Source of the DNA: Gemmatimonadaceae bacterium
Lineage (GTDB): Bacteria > Gemmatimonadota > Gemmatimonadetes > Gemmatimonadales > Gemmatimonadaceae
DNA: 64,000 nt
Direction: 5' to 3'
NCBI GenBank assembly: GCA_051859245.1
Contig: JBHYGA010000008.1
Coordinates: 47,179 to 111,178 of the forward strand
Position 1 is the first letter of the stretch. Each line of letters opens with the position of its first letter. The notes beneath the pieces are model-generated. The model was not told the origin of the DNA. It was given only the letters and a program-made list of their open reading frames with translations, and did no database searches. Below are positions 18,627 through 28,833 of this stretch, piece by piece. The translations under genes and the position numbers were made by a program.

Positions 18627-19901
18627 CTAACGCACCCGCACCAACCCCCAATCCCGGCTCCCCTTCTTCACCAGCACATGCCGCCCGGCGAGCCAACGTT
18701 CGTTTGGCACCGTGCGATCGGCCATCGACACCTTCTCGCCGTTCACACTCACACCGCCCTGCTCCACGAGCCGCTTCGCATCACCGCGGCTCTTCGCGAG
18801 GCCCGTGCTCACGACCAGATCCAGCGCGTCAATCGGCGCGCCATCGGCCGGTACATCCACCTCGGCGAACGGCACTTCACCCGCCATTGCACGCAACGTG
18901 CCCTCGGCGAGCTCGCGCGGATCTCCCTTGCCAAACAGCACGCGCGAAATCTCGTCCACCGTGCGCAGCACATCACGGCCGTGCACACGCGCGGTCATGT
19001 CATCGGCCAGCGCACGCTGCGCCTCGCGCTGATCCGGACGTGACTCCGTAGCCGCTTCGAGCGCACCAATCTCGTCGCGCGTGAGAAACGTGAACAGCTT
19101 GAGCCAGCGAATCACGTCGCGATCGTCTGCACCAAGCCAGAACTGATAAAACCGGTACGGCGACGTGCGCTGGGCATCGAGGTACACCGCGCCCGCTTCC
19201 GATTTACCAAACTTCTGTCCACTCGCCGTGGTGACCAGCGGCAATGTGAACACATGCGCCTCAGCGCCATTCGTGCGCCGAATGAGCTCGAGACCAGCCG
19301 TCATGTTGCCCCACTGATCGCTGCCGCCAATCTGCAGCGTCACGCCGAGCCGCTTGTGCAGCTCGGCGTAGTCGTGCGCTTGCAGCAACATGTAGGTGAA
19401 CTCGGTGTAGGAAATTCCGTCTTCAAGACGGGACTTCACCGAGTCCTTGGCCAGCATGTAGTTCACCGTAAAGTGCTTGCCGGTGGTACGAAGAAAATCG
19501 AGCATGCCGAGTCCGCCCAGCCACTCCAGGTTGTTCGACATGCGCGCCGCCTGCGGTCCGTCAAAGTCGAGAAAGCGCTCAAGCTGTAACCCGATCAGTC
19601 GCGCGTTTTCGGCGATCACGTCCAGCGACTGCAGCGTGCGTTCGGCGCTTTTGCCACTTGGATCACCGATCATTCCTGTCCCGCCGCCCACAAGCGCGAT
19701 CGGCCGATGGCCGGCGCGCTGCAAATGGCGCAGCCCCATGACGGGCACGAGATTGCCCACGTGCAGGCTGGGCGCGGTGGGATCAAAGCCGCAGTACGCG
19801 GTTACTGATCCGGAGGCGAGGTGCTGGGCGAGGCCGTCGGTGTGCTGGAACAGCAGGCCGCGCCACGCCAATTCGTCGAGCAGTGCGATATCAGAGGACA
19901 T
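18627..19901 (-). CDS. tyrS: Tyrosine--tRNA ligase
   Basis: YCGFDPTAPSLHVGN, QIGGSDQWGN, KFGKS, C-terminal S4 domain. Confidence 0.98.
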   Translation of the reverse strand: MSSDIALLDELAWRGLLFQHTDGLAQHLASGSVTAYCGFDPTAPSLHVGNLVPVMGLRHLQRAGHRPIALVGGGTGMIGDPSGKSAERTLQSLDVIAENARLIGLQLERFLDFDGPQAARMSNNLEWLGGLGMLDFLRTTGKHFTVNYMLAKDSVKSRLEDGISYTEFTYMLLQAHDYAELHKRLGVTLQIGGSDQWGNMTAGLELIRRTNGAEAHVFTLPLVTTASGQKFGKSEAGAVYLDAQRTSPYRFYQFWLGADDRDVIRWLKLFTFLTRDEIGALEAATESRPDQREAQRALADDMTARVHGRDVLRTVDEISRVLFGKGDPRELAEGTLRAMAGEVPFAEVDVPADGAPIDALDLVVSTGLAKSRGDAKRLVEQGGVSVNGEKVSMADRTVPNERWLAGRHVLVKKGSRDWGLVRVR

Positions 19902-20008
19902 ACGCCCAATTATAGGCGCCTGTAGCTCTTGGCGCGTCTGCGCCATTCCTGTAGCGTTCATTTCATGAATTCTCGCGAACCAAGCAGCGCCACGCGCGCC
20001 CGCAGCCT

Positions 20009-22201
20009 GTGAGCGCCGCCACCAAACGTGCCAAGGGGCCGCGCTTTTGGCGTCGTCCATGGTTTGGCTGGCTCTGCATTGCGGCGATTTTCGGCACGGC
20101 GGTGGGCATTGCCGGAACCGCCGTGGCTTGGACCATGGTGTGCCGAGGCAATGTGTGCCCCACCGTGGCCGCACTGGACGCGTACATCCCGAACCAGACG
20201 TCCAAGCTCTACGCGGCCGATGGTCGATTTATCGCCGAACTCGGACTCGAGCGACGCACCCTCGTGCGCCTGACCGATCTGCCGCAGCACGTGAAAGACG
20301 CGTTTCTGGTGGTGGAAGACAAGCGATTCTACGACCACAACGGCATCGACTTCATCCGCGTGTTCGGCGCGTTGGCTCGCAACATCAAAGCCGGTGGATT
20401 CGCTGAGGGCTTCAGCACCATCACCATGCAGTTGGCGCGCAATATTTTTCCGGAGTCGTTGTCGCGCGAAAAAACGATCGTGCGCAAGCTCAAGGAAGCG
20501 CGCGTCGCGATCTCCATTGAACGTGCGTACGAAAAAGATCGCATTCTCGAGTTGTATCTGAATCAGATCTATCTCGGCGCGGGCGCCTACGGCGTGGAAA
20601 CAGCAGCGCAGCGCTACTTCGGCAAATCTGTCAAGGACATCAGCGTGGCCGAAGCCGCCATGCTGGCCGCACTGCCTAAAGCCCCGGAGCGGTACAACCC
20701 GCGCCGCTTTGCCGATCGCGCCATTCAGCGCCGCAATACCGTTATCGAACTGATGCGACGCGCCGGTGTGGTTACCAGCGCTGACGCGAGTCTGGCGAAA
20801 GCTTTTCCGTTACAGCTGGCGCAGCGCACGGAGTCAGGCGAAACAGCGCCGTACTTTGTGGAATGGGTGCGTCAACAGCTTGATCAGCACTTTGGTCAGA
20901 AGCTGTACGAGCAGGGGCTCAAGGTGTACACCACGCTCGACCTCGACATGCAGGTCGCGGCCGAACGCGCCATGGAAGAACAGCTCGGCGCAATTGAATC
21001 CGGAAAGTTTGGCAACTACACGCATCTCACGTACGAGCAGTATCAGGCGCGCAACGCGGAAGGCGCCGCGCTCGGCGGAGGTGGCGACTCTCCGTACTTG
21101 CAGGGCGCCTTTGTGGCCGTTGACCCACGTGCGGGCGCGGTGCGCGCGCTCGTTGGCGGACGCGACTTTGCCGATTCCAAGTTCAATCGTGCGGTGCAGG
21201 CGCTGCGTCAGCCAGGGTCAACGTTCAAGCCGATCGTGTACGCGACGGCCGTCCGCGCAGGACTCGGGCCTGCGTACGTGATCGATGATTCACCGCTCAG
21301 CATGGATCAGGTGAGTGGCGAAACATGGCGGCCGCAGAACTTTGACTTCAAGTTCGATGGTCCGATTGCGATGCGTCGCGCGCTGTTCATGTCGCGCAAC
21401 ATTCCGGCTATTCGCACCGGCATGGAACTGGGGCCGCAACCGGTCATAGCGATGGCGCGCCGGTTCGGCATCAGCACACCCATTCCGCCGTACCCGTCGC
21501 TCTATATTGGCGCGGCCGATGTGTATCCGCTTGAAATGATCGCGTCGTATTCGGTGTTCGCCAACCTCGGACTGCGCACCACGCCATACGCAATCATGCG
21601 CGTTGAAACGGCCGATGGCGAAGTGCTGTGGCAGCCGCGTCCGGAACGCGAAGCGGTGCTCACACCGGAAGAAGCGTGGCTCATGGTGAGCATGATGAAG
21701 GATGTGGTCGGTCGCGGTACAGCCTACGGTGCCACCACTGGCGCCGGATTTCGTGTGCCCGCTGGTGGCAAAACAGGTACCACCAACGATGGTGCCGATG
21801 TGTGGTTTATCGGGTACACGGCCGACCTTGTGGCCGGTATGTGGGTGGGCTTTGATCGACCGAAGAAAATCAAAGCCAACGCGCAGGGTGGATCGCTTGT
21901 GGCGCCGGCCTGGACGGCGTTCATGACCGACGTGTACAAGCGCAAGCCGGTGCCGCCCGACTGGCCTCGACCAGATGGTGTCATCGCCCGTGAAATTGAC
22001 GCCGCAACCGGATTGCTCCCGAACTTCTCGTGTATGGATCGCCGTGTCACTGAGTATTTCATTGCCGGAACGGAGCCGCGTCTGACCTGTTCTGAGTCGG
22101 CCTTCCTGCTGCCGAAAGTGGTGGGTGACTCGGTTGTCGGTGGCGCGGTACCACGCGCATTCCGCGATACCACCAACCCGTTTCGTATCCCTCCCCAGTG
22201 A
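20009..22201 (+). CDS. mrcA: Class A penicillin-binding protein (PBP1A family)
   Basis: EDKRFYDHNG, GFSTITMQLARN, RKLKE; SxxK (GSTFK), SRN, KTG. Confidence 0.93.
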   Translation: MSAATKRAKGPRFWRRPWFGWLCIAAIFGTAVGIAGTAVAWTMVCRGNVCPTVAALDAYIPNQTSKLYAADGRFIAELGLERRTLVRLTDLPQHVKDAFLVVEDKRFYDHNGIDFIRVFGALARNIKAGGFAEGFSTITMQLARNIFPESLSREKTIVRKLKEARVAISIERAYEKDRILELYLNQIYLGAGAYGVETAAQRYFGKSVKDISVAEAAMLAALPKAPERYNPRRFADRAIQRRNTVIELMRRAGVVTSADASLAKAFPLQLAQRTESGETAPYFVEWVRQQLDQHFGQKLYEQGLKVYTTLDLDMQVAAERAMEEQLGAIESGKFGNYTHLTYEQYQARNAEGAALGGGGDSPYLQGAFVAVDPRAGAVRALVGGRDFADSKFNRAVQALRQPGSTFKPIVYATAVRAGLGPAYVIDDSPLSMDQVSGETWRPQNFDFKFDGPIAMRRALFMSRNIPAIRTGMELGPQPVIAMARRFGISTPIPPYPSLYIGAADVYPLEMIASYSVFANLGLRTTPYAIMRVETADGEVLWQPRPEREAVLTPEEAWLMVSMMKDVVGRGTAYGATTGAGFRVPAGGKTGTTNDGADVWFIGYTADLVAGMWVGFDRPKKIKANAQGGSLVAPAWTAFMTDVYKRKPVPPDWPRPDGVIAREIDAATGLLPNFSCMDRRVTEYFIAGTEPRLTCSESAFLLPKVVGDSVVGGAVPRAFRDTTNPFRIPPQ

Positions 22202-23562
22202 GTTCGCACACGCCACGAGACTCTCGCGTCGCGTGGCACGCGCGCTGGGTGTTGCCAATCGTGGGGCCGCCGATCGCGAACGGTGCGGTTGTGGTTGACG
22301 GGAGCACGATCAGCTGGGTGGGTCCGTCGAGCGAAGCGCAGGCAGCCGTACACGAACAGCTCGGCAACGCCATTCTGCTGCCCGGCCTCGTGAATGCGCA
22401 CACGCATCTCGAACTCACCGGCCTGCGCGGACTGCTTGAAGGACTCGACTTTCGCGAGTGGTTGCGTGTGCTCACCACAGTGCGCGCCAAGGTGCTCGAT
22501 CAACGCGCGCTCACGGATGCGTCTCGCTTTGGAGTTTCGGAAGCGTTGCGAGCGGGCATTACCACCCTCGCGGATTGTTCAGCCAGTGGCACGCCGCTTG
22601 GCAGCATGATCGAAGCGGGCGTCCGTGGGCGGGTGTATCTCGAAACGTTCGGACCGGACAGCGCGCAGGCGGTGGACGCCATGTCCGCCCTTCGCCAAGG
22701 CGTTGATCGACTGCGCACGCAGGCCACATCGCTGGTGAGCGTGGGCGTATCTCCACACGCGCCGTACACGGTGCACGAGTCCCTGTTCGCAGCGGTGGCC
22801 GAATACGCGCAACAGGAGAAGCTGCCTGTCGCCACGCACGTCGCGGAAAGCGCCGATGAAGTGCGCTTTGTGCAGCATGGCGACGGACCGTTCGCGGAAC
22901 GCTTGCGCGCTCGCACTATCGCGGTCGCTCCCACCGGTGCGTCTCCGATTGCGCTGCTCGCGCGCACCGGGCTACTCGATACGCAGCCACTCTGCATTCA
23001 TACCATCCACGCGAGCGGCGACGACCTCGGCTTGATTGCCGATCGCGGAGCTACGGTCGTGCACTGTCCCATCAGTAACGCCAAGCTGGGGCAGGGCATT
23101 GCACCGGTGCGCGACATGCTGAGCGCGGGCATCGCGGTTGGACTCGGCACGGATTCCGTCGCCAGCAATGATCGCATGGATCTGATCGCCGAGGCCCGAC
23201 AGGCGGTGCTTCTGCAATCGCTCGCTGCAGCGGTTCCCGATGCGCTCTCCAGCGAAGCTGTCATTCGTATGGCGACGCTCGGAGGGGCACGCGCGCTGGG
23301 ACTCGACGCGCTCGGTGCGCTCGCTCCTGGAAACGCCGCGGATCTTTGTGCGTTCTCCTGTGGGGCGTTTGAGGCGGCTCCCGTGTATGACCCGTACGTG
23401 TTGCTTGTCCACGTGCTGGGTAGCGGCGCGAACGCCGAGCTCACCATGGTGAATGGACGTGTGCTGGTACGTCACGGCCAGGAGCTGGCATTCGATCCGA
23501 CCGTTCGAATGCGTGTAATAGAAGACGCGGAGCGTGTGGCCGCTTTCGTCACGCCCGCGTGA
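22198..23562 (+). CDS. Amidohydrolase (MTA/SAH deaminase-like)
   Basis: PGLVNAHTH, PHAPYT, HVAES, HCPISN, GLGTD. Confidence 0.88.
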   Translation: MSSHTPRDSRVAWHARWVLPIVGPPIANGAVVVDGSTISWVGPSSEAQAAVHEQLGNAILLPGLVNAHTHLELTGLRGLLEGLDFREWLRVLTTVRAKVLDQRALTDASRFGVSEALRAGITTLADCSASGTPLGSMIEAGVRGRVYLETFGPDSAQAVDAMSALRQGVDRLRTQATSLVSVGVSPHAPYTVHESLFAAVAEYAQQEKLPVATHVAESADEVRFVQHGDGPFAERLRARTIAVAPTGASPIALLARTGLLDTQPLCIHTIHASGDDLGLIADRGATVVHCPISNAKLGQGIAPVRDMLSAGIAVGLGTDSVASNDRMDLIAEARQAVLLQSLAAAVPDALSSEAVIRMATLGGARALGLDALGALAPGNAADLCAFSCGAFEAAPVYDPYVLLVHVLGSGANAELTMVNGRVLVRHGQELAFDPTVRMRVIEDAERVAAFVTPA

Positions 23563-23659
23563 CAAGGTGTACCACGCCATAGCATTGCGAACGTACCTGA
23601 CAGTATTTTGAACCATACGCAGTCCAGTACCTCACGCGTACCTGACACGGAGGGCATGA

Positions 23660-24238
23660 GTGATTGCCGGGTGTCTTGCTCTGAATGCGTCGTACGAGCC
23701 GTTAACGATGGTCCCGCTTCGCCGGGCCCTCAGACTCGTAATCGATGGAAAGGCGGAAATCGTCGAAGCGGAGGGTGACAGGCCCATTCGCTCCGAGCGT
23801 CTGGCCATGCCGCGCCCGGCCGTTATCCGGCTCACCAAGTTCATTCATGTGCCGCGGCGCTTTCGCCGTCAGGTCACGAACATCTTCCTGTTCGCGCGTG
23901 ATCACTACCAGTGCCAGTACTGCGGTCGACTGAGCGCCGAGCTCAAACCGCGCGAGTCACTCACGCGTGATCACGTGATTCCGATGTCACGTGGTGGCCT
24001 GAACGAGTGGACCAACGTGGTCACGGCGTGCAGCAGCTGCAATACGCGCAAGGCGAGCCGCCTGCCAAACGAAATCGGCATGCATCCGATCGCCGATCCC
24101 GCTGAGCCGCACTTTGTGCATCTGAGCTGGGCCGTGCGTCGTCTGACGCCAACACAATCGCGCTACATCAAGGTGTTCTACGGCGAGGAAACACTTCGTC
24201 GTGTGAAGGCCATGGACGCGTTGCCGGCGGTGGTGTAG
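23660..24238 (+). CDS. HNH endonuclease family protein
   Basis: LNASYEP, RDHYQCQYC, DHVIP, NVVTACSSCN. Confidence 0.9.
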   Translation: MIAGCLALNASYEPLTMVPLRRALRLVIDGKAEIVEAEGDRPIRSERLAMPRPAVIRLTKFIHVPRRFRRQVTNIFLFARDHYQCQYCGRLSAELKPRESLTRDHVIPMSRGGLNEWTNVVTACSSCNTRKASRLPNEIGMHPIADPAEPHFVHLSWAVRRLTPTQSRYIKVFYGEETLRRVKAMDALPAVV

Positions 24239-24239
24239 G

Positions 24240-24935
24240 TCAGGGCTCAGCGGTCACACGGAACAGCGGCGACCGCGCCTCAAGCCGCCGCACCTCACCG
24301 CCCATCACGCGTGATACAAGCGTACGCAGTCCGCGGCCAAGCGCAGTGCCCGGATTGCGTCGACCTTGTACCGCCGGCGCGAGTTCACCGCGCAACCAGC
24401 GCGTGACTTCGTCGAGATCCTTGAGATCAAGCGTTTCGATATCGGTCTGCACACTGTAGTAGTGTGACTGCCCGGCACGCGGTCGACCGATTGGCGGAGA
24501 ATACGGCAGCGCGAGCGCCGCTTTCGCGTCGGCGAGCCGGCGATACGTGCCGAGCGGTGCGACCTCGCCGTTTCCGTTAATACGCGCGACCTCGAAGGTT
24601 TGATCAAACTGATCGTAGTGTACGATCACATCCCATTCCTGGCGCGCCACCACGTCGTTCAGAAATCGGCCGGTTTTCCAGAGCTCGGCGCGCATGTGCA
24701 CCCGCACATCAAATCCATTGCGCAAGAGCTCTTCGAATCGGCCCCCGTCAATCGCATTGCGCAATCGCACCGACATCGGCGCAGACGCCGTTGGCAGCTC
24801 GATCTCAATGCGCGGCCCGGCCTCACCTTGCGCCATCGCAACGGTCAACGGCGCGCTGAACAACAGCGCACCACAGATCAACGCAGTGCGCGCCGCGGCG
24901 CGTGTGAGAAACGTTCGACGAGAAAGCGCGGGCAC
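24240..24935 (-). CDS. Exported hypothetical protein (DUF4390-like position and features)
   Basis: Signal peptide; last gene of the two-component operon. Confidence 0.6.
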   Translation of the reverse strand: MPALSRRTFLTRAAARTALICGALLFSAPLTVAMAQGEAGPRIEIELPTASAPMSVRLRNAIDGGRFEELLRNGFDVRVHMRAELWKTGRFLNDVVARQEWDVIVHYDQFDQTFEVARINGNGEVAPLGTYRRLADAKAALALPYSPPIGRPRAGQSHYYSVQTDIETLDLKDLDEVTRWLRGELAPAVQGRRNPGTALGRGLRTLVSRVMGGEVRRLEARSPLFRVTAEP

Positions 24936-24937
24936 TG

Positions 24938-26728
24938 TCAGAATCGCGCTCCCAATCTGACAAACACGCGCGGCGTATTGCTGTCGCCTTGCAATGGCTG
25001 CGCGACATACACCCCAAGAATCCCAAAATCGAGGCCAACGCCAACATCGGAGCGGAAGCCATCGAACAGCGGCGCCGAACCACGCGGGTACGTGAGTTCG
25101 TTGTCGCCATTGCTGTCACGGTCGCCTACCAGCCAGCCGCGACCGCTGTTTGCAAAAATGATCCAGGTGCCGTCGGCGCGCAGTCCGTCGGCGTACCAGC
25201 GCCGTGCATCCGTACGCTCGTTGGCGCCGAACAGCGCAATGCGGAAGTCGCCCTTCCACTCCGCCTGCAGCAACATCATCGCGTCGCAACCGGCGGGTCG
25301 ACCAGCGGCTGCGAACTCGGCTTGCGAGCGCACGTTGCACATGCCAACGTCAACATTGCCTTCGAGTGAGCGAAAGCCGTAGCCCGGCAGTGCATCAACG
25401 CCGCTCACCGAGAGTTTGCGCTGTGCTGGCAACGCATCGCCGTGCAAGAGGCCACCCGCAACAAGTCGCAGGTTCACGGAAGAATGCGGCGACACACGAT
25501 TGTATCGTCGTGCGTCCACGAACAGACGGCCGTACGTGATTTCAGGAACAGACAACGCGAGCACGGTGGTGTCGGCAGCACGCGTAATGTCCACGTGGCC
25601 GCGCTCATATTCGGCGCTCAGCAGCCAGCCATCGCGCGGTTGCAAGGGATCATTGCGCGTGTCGATCACGCCTTTCACACCGAACAGCGTCGCGGTGCCT
25701 TCGAGTGCGCCGGGATTCACGCGCCATTCGCGCCCACTGCGAAAGAGCGCCAACGGATCGCGCGCCTCGCGTGATTCCCATTCTTCGCGTCCGAGCGACA
25801 GTTGCACCTGCGAACCATTGGCACCGGCGGCCCGCACAAACGCACTGCCGCCGAGCCGGTTGTAGTAGTCGCGGTAGTCGCGCGCGAACAGCAGTGAGGT
25901 GAGTCCGGTTTCCGCGTCGCCGAGCGACCAGCTTTCCACGGCTGCGACTTCATCCACATGTTGCGCGCCAAAGGCGATGTGCCGTGCATCGGTGCCTTCG
26001 CGGAACTCAGCGAGCAACTGATGGCCGAGGTTTCTGCGCTCCCACGCGAGTCGATCGCCCGTTCGGAAGATGCCGAGCGCTTCGAACGTAGCGCGACTGG
26101 CGCCGCGGCTGAGTCGCAACCGGGGACCCGCGAGTATGGACAGCCCCTCGACACGATTGTACGTGTGCGCCGACGACACCAGCACATCGCGGAACGCATC
26201 CGACTTTCGCTTGCGCCACTCGGCGTAGCGAGAGAAGAACGTTTCGTTCTCGTCGGCGACCAGGCGGCCGTCCACCTCGCGGTACGCGAGTGCAGATCGC
26301 CACACCTGCAGCTCTCCATCAACGCGCCCCTGTGATCGGCCAACCACCGTGCCGCCCACCACCACAATTGAACCTTGCACCACGGCCGTGGAATCCAGAC
26401 GGAGGTCACCGTTGATCACCACGAGATCACCGAGCACCGTGCCGCTGACAATGACCGGTCCTTGCAGCACACCAAGTGTGCGACGGACGGTATCAGAGGC
26501 GGTGATTGTGAAGCGGCCGCGTTCTCGCTGCGTGGTTGGCGCGTTCCAGGCTTCGACTACGGCGAGGGTGACCTGAGACGACAGCGGACCAACGCGCGGA
26601 GCGCCGCGCTCCTGCGCATCAAGCGACGTGGCGGACGCAGCGGCTGCGAGCAACGCACACGCGGTCAGCGTGAACAGGCGTATCCGCCACGTCGTGCTCC
26701 GAGGCGCCAGCGAGGCATTAGTTGTCAT
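24938..26728 (-). CDS. Omp85/BamA-like outer membrane protein with N-terminal bactofilin-like beta-helix
   Basis: Signal; V.G.V.GDLVV.NG repeats; YNRVEG; LPAQRKLSVSG..LPGY; terminal Phe. Confidence 0.65.
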   Translation of the reverse strand: MTTNASLAPRSTTWRIRLFTLTACALLAAAASATSLDAQERGAPRVGPLSSQVTLAVVEAWNAPTTQRERGRFTITASDTVRRTLGVLQGPVIVSGTVLGDLVVINGDLRLDSTAVVQGSIVVVGGTVVGRSQGRVDGELQVWRSALAYREVDGRLVADENETFFSRYAEWRKRKSDAFRDVLVSSAHTYNRVEGLSILAGPRLRLSRGASRATFEALGIFRTGDRLAWERRNLGHQLLAEFREGTDARHIAFGAQHVDEVAAVESWSLGDAETGLTSLLFARDYRDYYNRLGGSAFVRAAGANGSQVQLSLGREEWESREARDPLALFRSGREWRVNPGALEGTATLFGVKGVIDTRNDPLQPRDGWLLSAEYERGHVDITRAADTTVLALSVPEITYGRLFVDARRYNRVSPHSSVNLRLVAGGLLHGDALPAQRKLSVSGVDALPGYGFRSLEGNVDVGMCNVRSQAEFAAAGRPAGCDAMMLLQAEWKGDFRIALFGANERTDARRWYADGLRADGTWIIFANSGRGWLVGDRDSNGDNELTYPRGSAPLFDGFRSDVGVGLDFGILGVYVAQPLQGDSNTPRVFVRLGARF

Positions 26729-28106
26729 TCGCGCCTCCCAATCCAAGCCGACGCATGCGCCGATACAGGTTCGGTCGATCGGTTTGCAGCCGTCGCGCCG
26801 CTTCGGCAATGTTGCCGCTGGACGCGCTGAGCGCGCGCGTGATGAGCGAACGCTCGTATTCATCCAGCGCGTCGTTCAGACTGAGGCTCTCGCTCTCGTC
26901 ACCAACCTGCGCAATGCGTGCGACGGATGGTGGCGTTTGCATGCTGTCCGGCAATAAACGGCGCAGCTGGTCACCGGTGACCGCGCTGCCGGGATAGAGA
27001 ATGGAAAGTCGTTCCACAATGTTGGCGAGTTCCCGGATATTTCCAGGCCAGGAGTAACTCGTCAGCACATGGATCACCTCGTTCGACCAGGCGCAGCACG
27101 TTTTCCCGGTGCGCGTTCTGTGGCGCTCCGCAAAGTGCTCAACCAGCAACGGAATGTCTGCAGGACGTTCCCGCAGTGGCGCCAGTTCAATTGGAATCAC
27201 GTTCAAACGAAAGAGCAGATCCTCGCGAAAGGCGCCCTCTTTCACGGCTTTGTTGAGATCCTTGTTGGTGGCGGCAATAATGCGCACATCAATCTTGATG
27301 GGTTTGCCACCACCGACCCGTTCAATCTCGCGTGCTTCAATGGCGCGCAACAGTTTGGCCTGCGCCTCGAGGCCGAGGTCGCCCACTTCGTCGAGGAACA
27401 GTGTGCCGGTGTGTGCGAGTTCAAACCGACCAATGCGTCGCTCGGTGGCTCCGGTAAACGCACCGCGCTCATGGCCAAACATTTCGCTCTCGAGCAGATC
27501 GCGCGGAATGGCGGCGCAGTTCACACGAATGAACGGCAGATCTCGACGCGGACTCGACGCATGCAGCGCGGCTGCGACGAGTTCCTTGCCGGTTCCGGAT
27601 TCACCAGTCACGAGCACGCGTGCATCGGTGGGCCCGACCTGCGCAATGAGCTGACGCACCGCGCGGATCTGCGCGCTGTCGCCCACCATCTGCGACGTGA
27701 GCCCAAGATCTTCACGCAGCGAACGCGCCGTGCGCCGCGCCTGGCGCAGTTCCAGCGCTGAACCCAGCGCCAACAACACACTTTCCGGCGTGAGTGGTTT
27801 TTCAAGGAACGTGAACGCGCCAAGTCGGGTGGCGCGCACGGCGTCGGTCAGCGCGGCGCGTCCGCTCATCATGACCACGGGCAAATCGGGCGAAATGCGA
27901 CGCAACTGCTCAAGCAGCGCCAGTCCGTCCAACTCGCCGGGCATCATGAGGTCTACCAGCGCAATGTCCGGATCCTGCGCTTGTGCCATGGTCAGACCGG
28001 CGCGGCCATCCGGCGCATCGAGCACATCGTAGCCTTCGGCCGACAACAACGCGCCCACCATGCGACGAATGTTTGGTTCGTCATCAACAATCAAGACGCT
28101 GGGCAC
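26718..28106 (-). CDS. sigma54-dependent response regulator (NtrC/NtrX family)
   Basis: Receiver, GESGTGKE, GAFTGA, FREDL, WPGNIREL, Fis HTH. Confidence 0.95.
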   Translation of the reverse strand: MPSVLIVDDEPNIRRMVGALLSAEGYDVLDAPDGRAGLTMAQAQDPDIALVDLMMPGELDGLALLEQLRRISPDLPVVMMSGRAALTDAVRATRLGAFTFLEKPLTPESVLLALGSALELRQARRTARSLREDLGLTSQMVGDSAQIRAVRQLIAQVGPTDARVLVTGESGTGKELVAAALHASSPRRDLPFIRVNCAAIPRDLLESEMFGHERGAFTGATERRIGRFELAHTGTLFLDEVGDLGLEAQAKLLRAIEAREIERVGGGKPIKIDVRIIAATNKDLNKAVKEGAFREDLLFRLNVIPIELAPLRERPADIPLLVEHFAERHRTRTGKTCCAWSNEVIHVLTSYSWPGNIRELANIVERLSILYPGSAVTGDQLRRLLPDSMQTPPSVARIAQVGDESESLSLNDALDEYERSLITRALSASSGNIAEAARRLQTDRPNLYRRMRRLGLGGANDN

Positions 28107-28170
28107 TGCGGCCTCCCAGTCGCGTGTCGCAGTGTGTCGCATCCAACGGCAAAAATGCGCACGCGCGTTC

Positions 28171-28833
28171 TCACCCTCGGATTGCGTCAGAACGCTGCAC
28201 GTTCGAGCTTGCGACGTCGCGGGCCATGGGTTCACGCCCATTCGCATCGTGGCGCGCCGAAAAATCGGGCGCGTTCACACGCTCCGTGAGCAGTCGCGTG
28301 GTGAAGCGATTGGCTTCACTCATCTTTTCCATTTCAATGGCCACCGTGTCAATCGATTGTTCGATCGCATCCAGTCGACGCGCCACATCGTCAGGCGCTT
28401 TGCTGACGGTGCCGCGCCGATCAATCCAGCGCGCGATTGCGCGTCCGATGGGGAACGCCATGATGATGCCGATCAGTCCGATCACGCTGATGAACAGAAT
28501 TTCCGGCACCTGCGGTGGAATCACATTGTTCGCGTCGTATGGGACAACGGTCACGGCACCGTCGGGACTCGTTTGCACAATCTCGAGTCCATCGGGTCCA
28601 ACACGGATGTCGAAATCATTACCGCCGGGTGGAACCGGCGGTGCCGGGACTTCCTGCAGCGCTTCGAGTCGCGCCATCTCGGCTTCCGTGCGTGCTTCCT
28701 GCGCCGCTTCGCGCGCGGCTTGCATCGCTTCCTGAATGGTCTGCCGAATTTCTTCTTGATTGGTACGCGGCGCCTGCGCAGGCTGTCCTTGCTGCAATAC
28801 GGGTGCGCTTGATGGGAGTGTAAGGCGATTCAT
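28171..28833 (-). CDS. Single-TM hypothetical protein with coiled-coil C-terminus
   Basis: TM ILFISVIGLIGIIMAFPI; RRLDAIEQSIDTVAIEMEK; start overlaps kinase stop. Confidence 0.7.
   Translation of the reverse strand: MNRLTLPSSAPVLQQGQPAQAPRTNQEEIRQTIQEAMQAAREAAQEARTEAEMARLEALQEVPAPPVPPGGNDFDIRVGPDGLEIVQTSPDGAVTVVPYDANNVIPPQVPEILFISVIGLIGIIMAFPIGRAIARWIDRRGTVSKAPDDVARRLDAIEQSIDTVAIEMEKMSEANRFTTRLLTERVNAPDFSARHDANGREPMARDVASSNVQRSDAIRG

Noticed and set aside
23660..24238. HNH gene as a mobile or defence element
   Set aside because: Host-like composition, no methylase, intron or repeat context; looks like the widespread stand-alone HNH family
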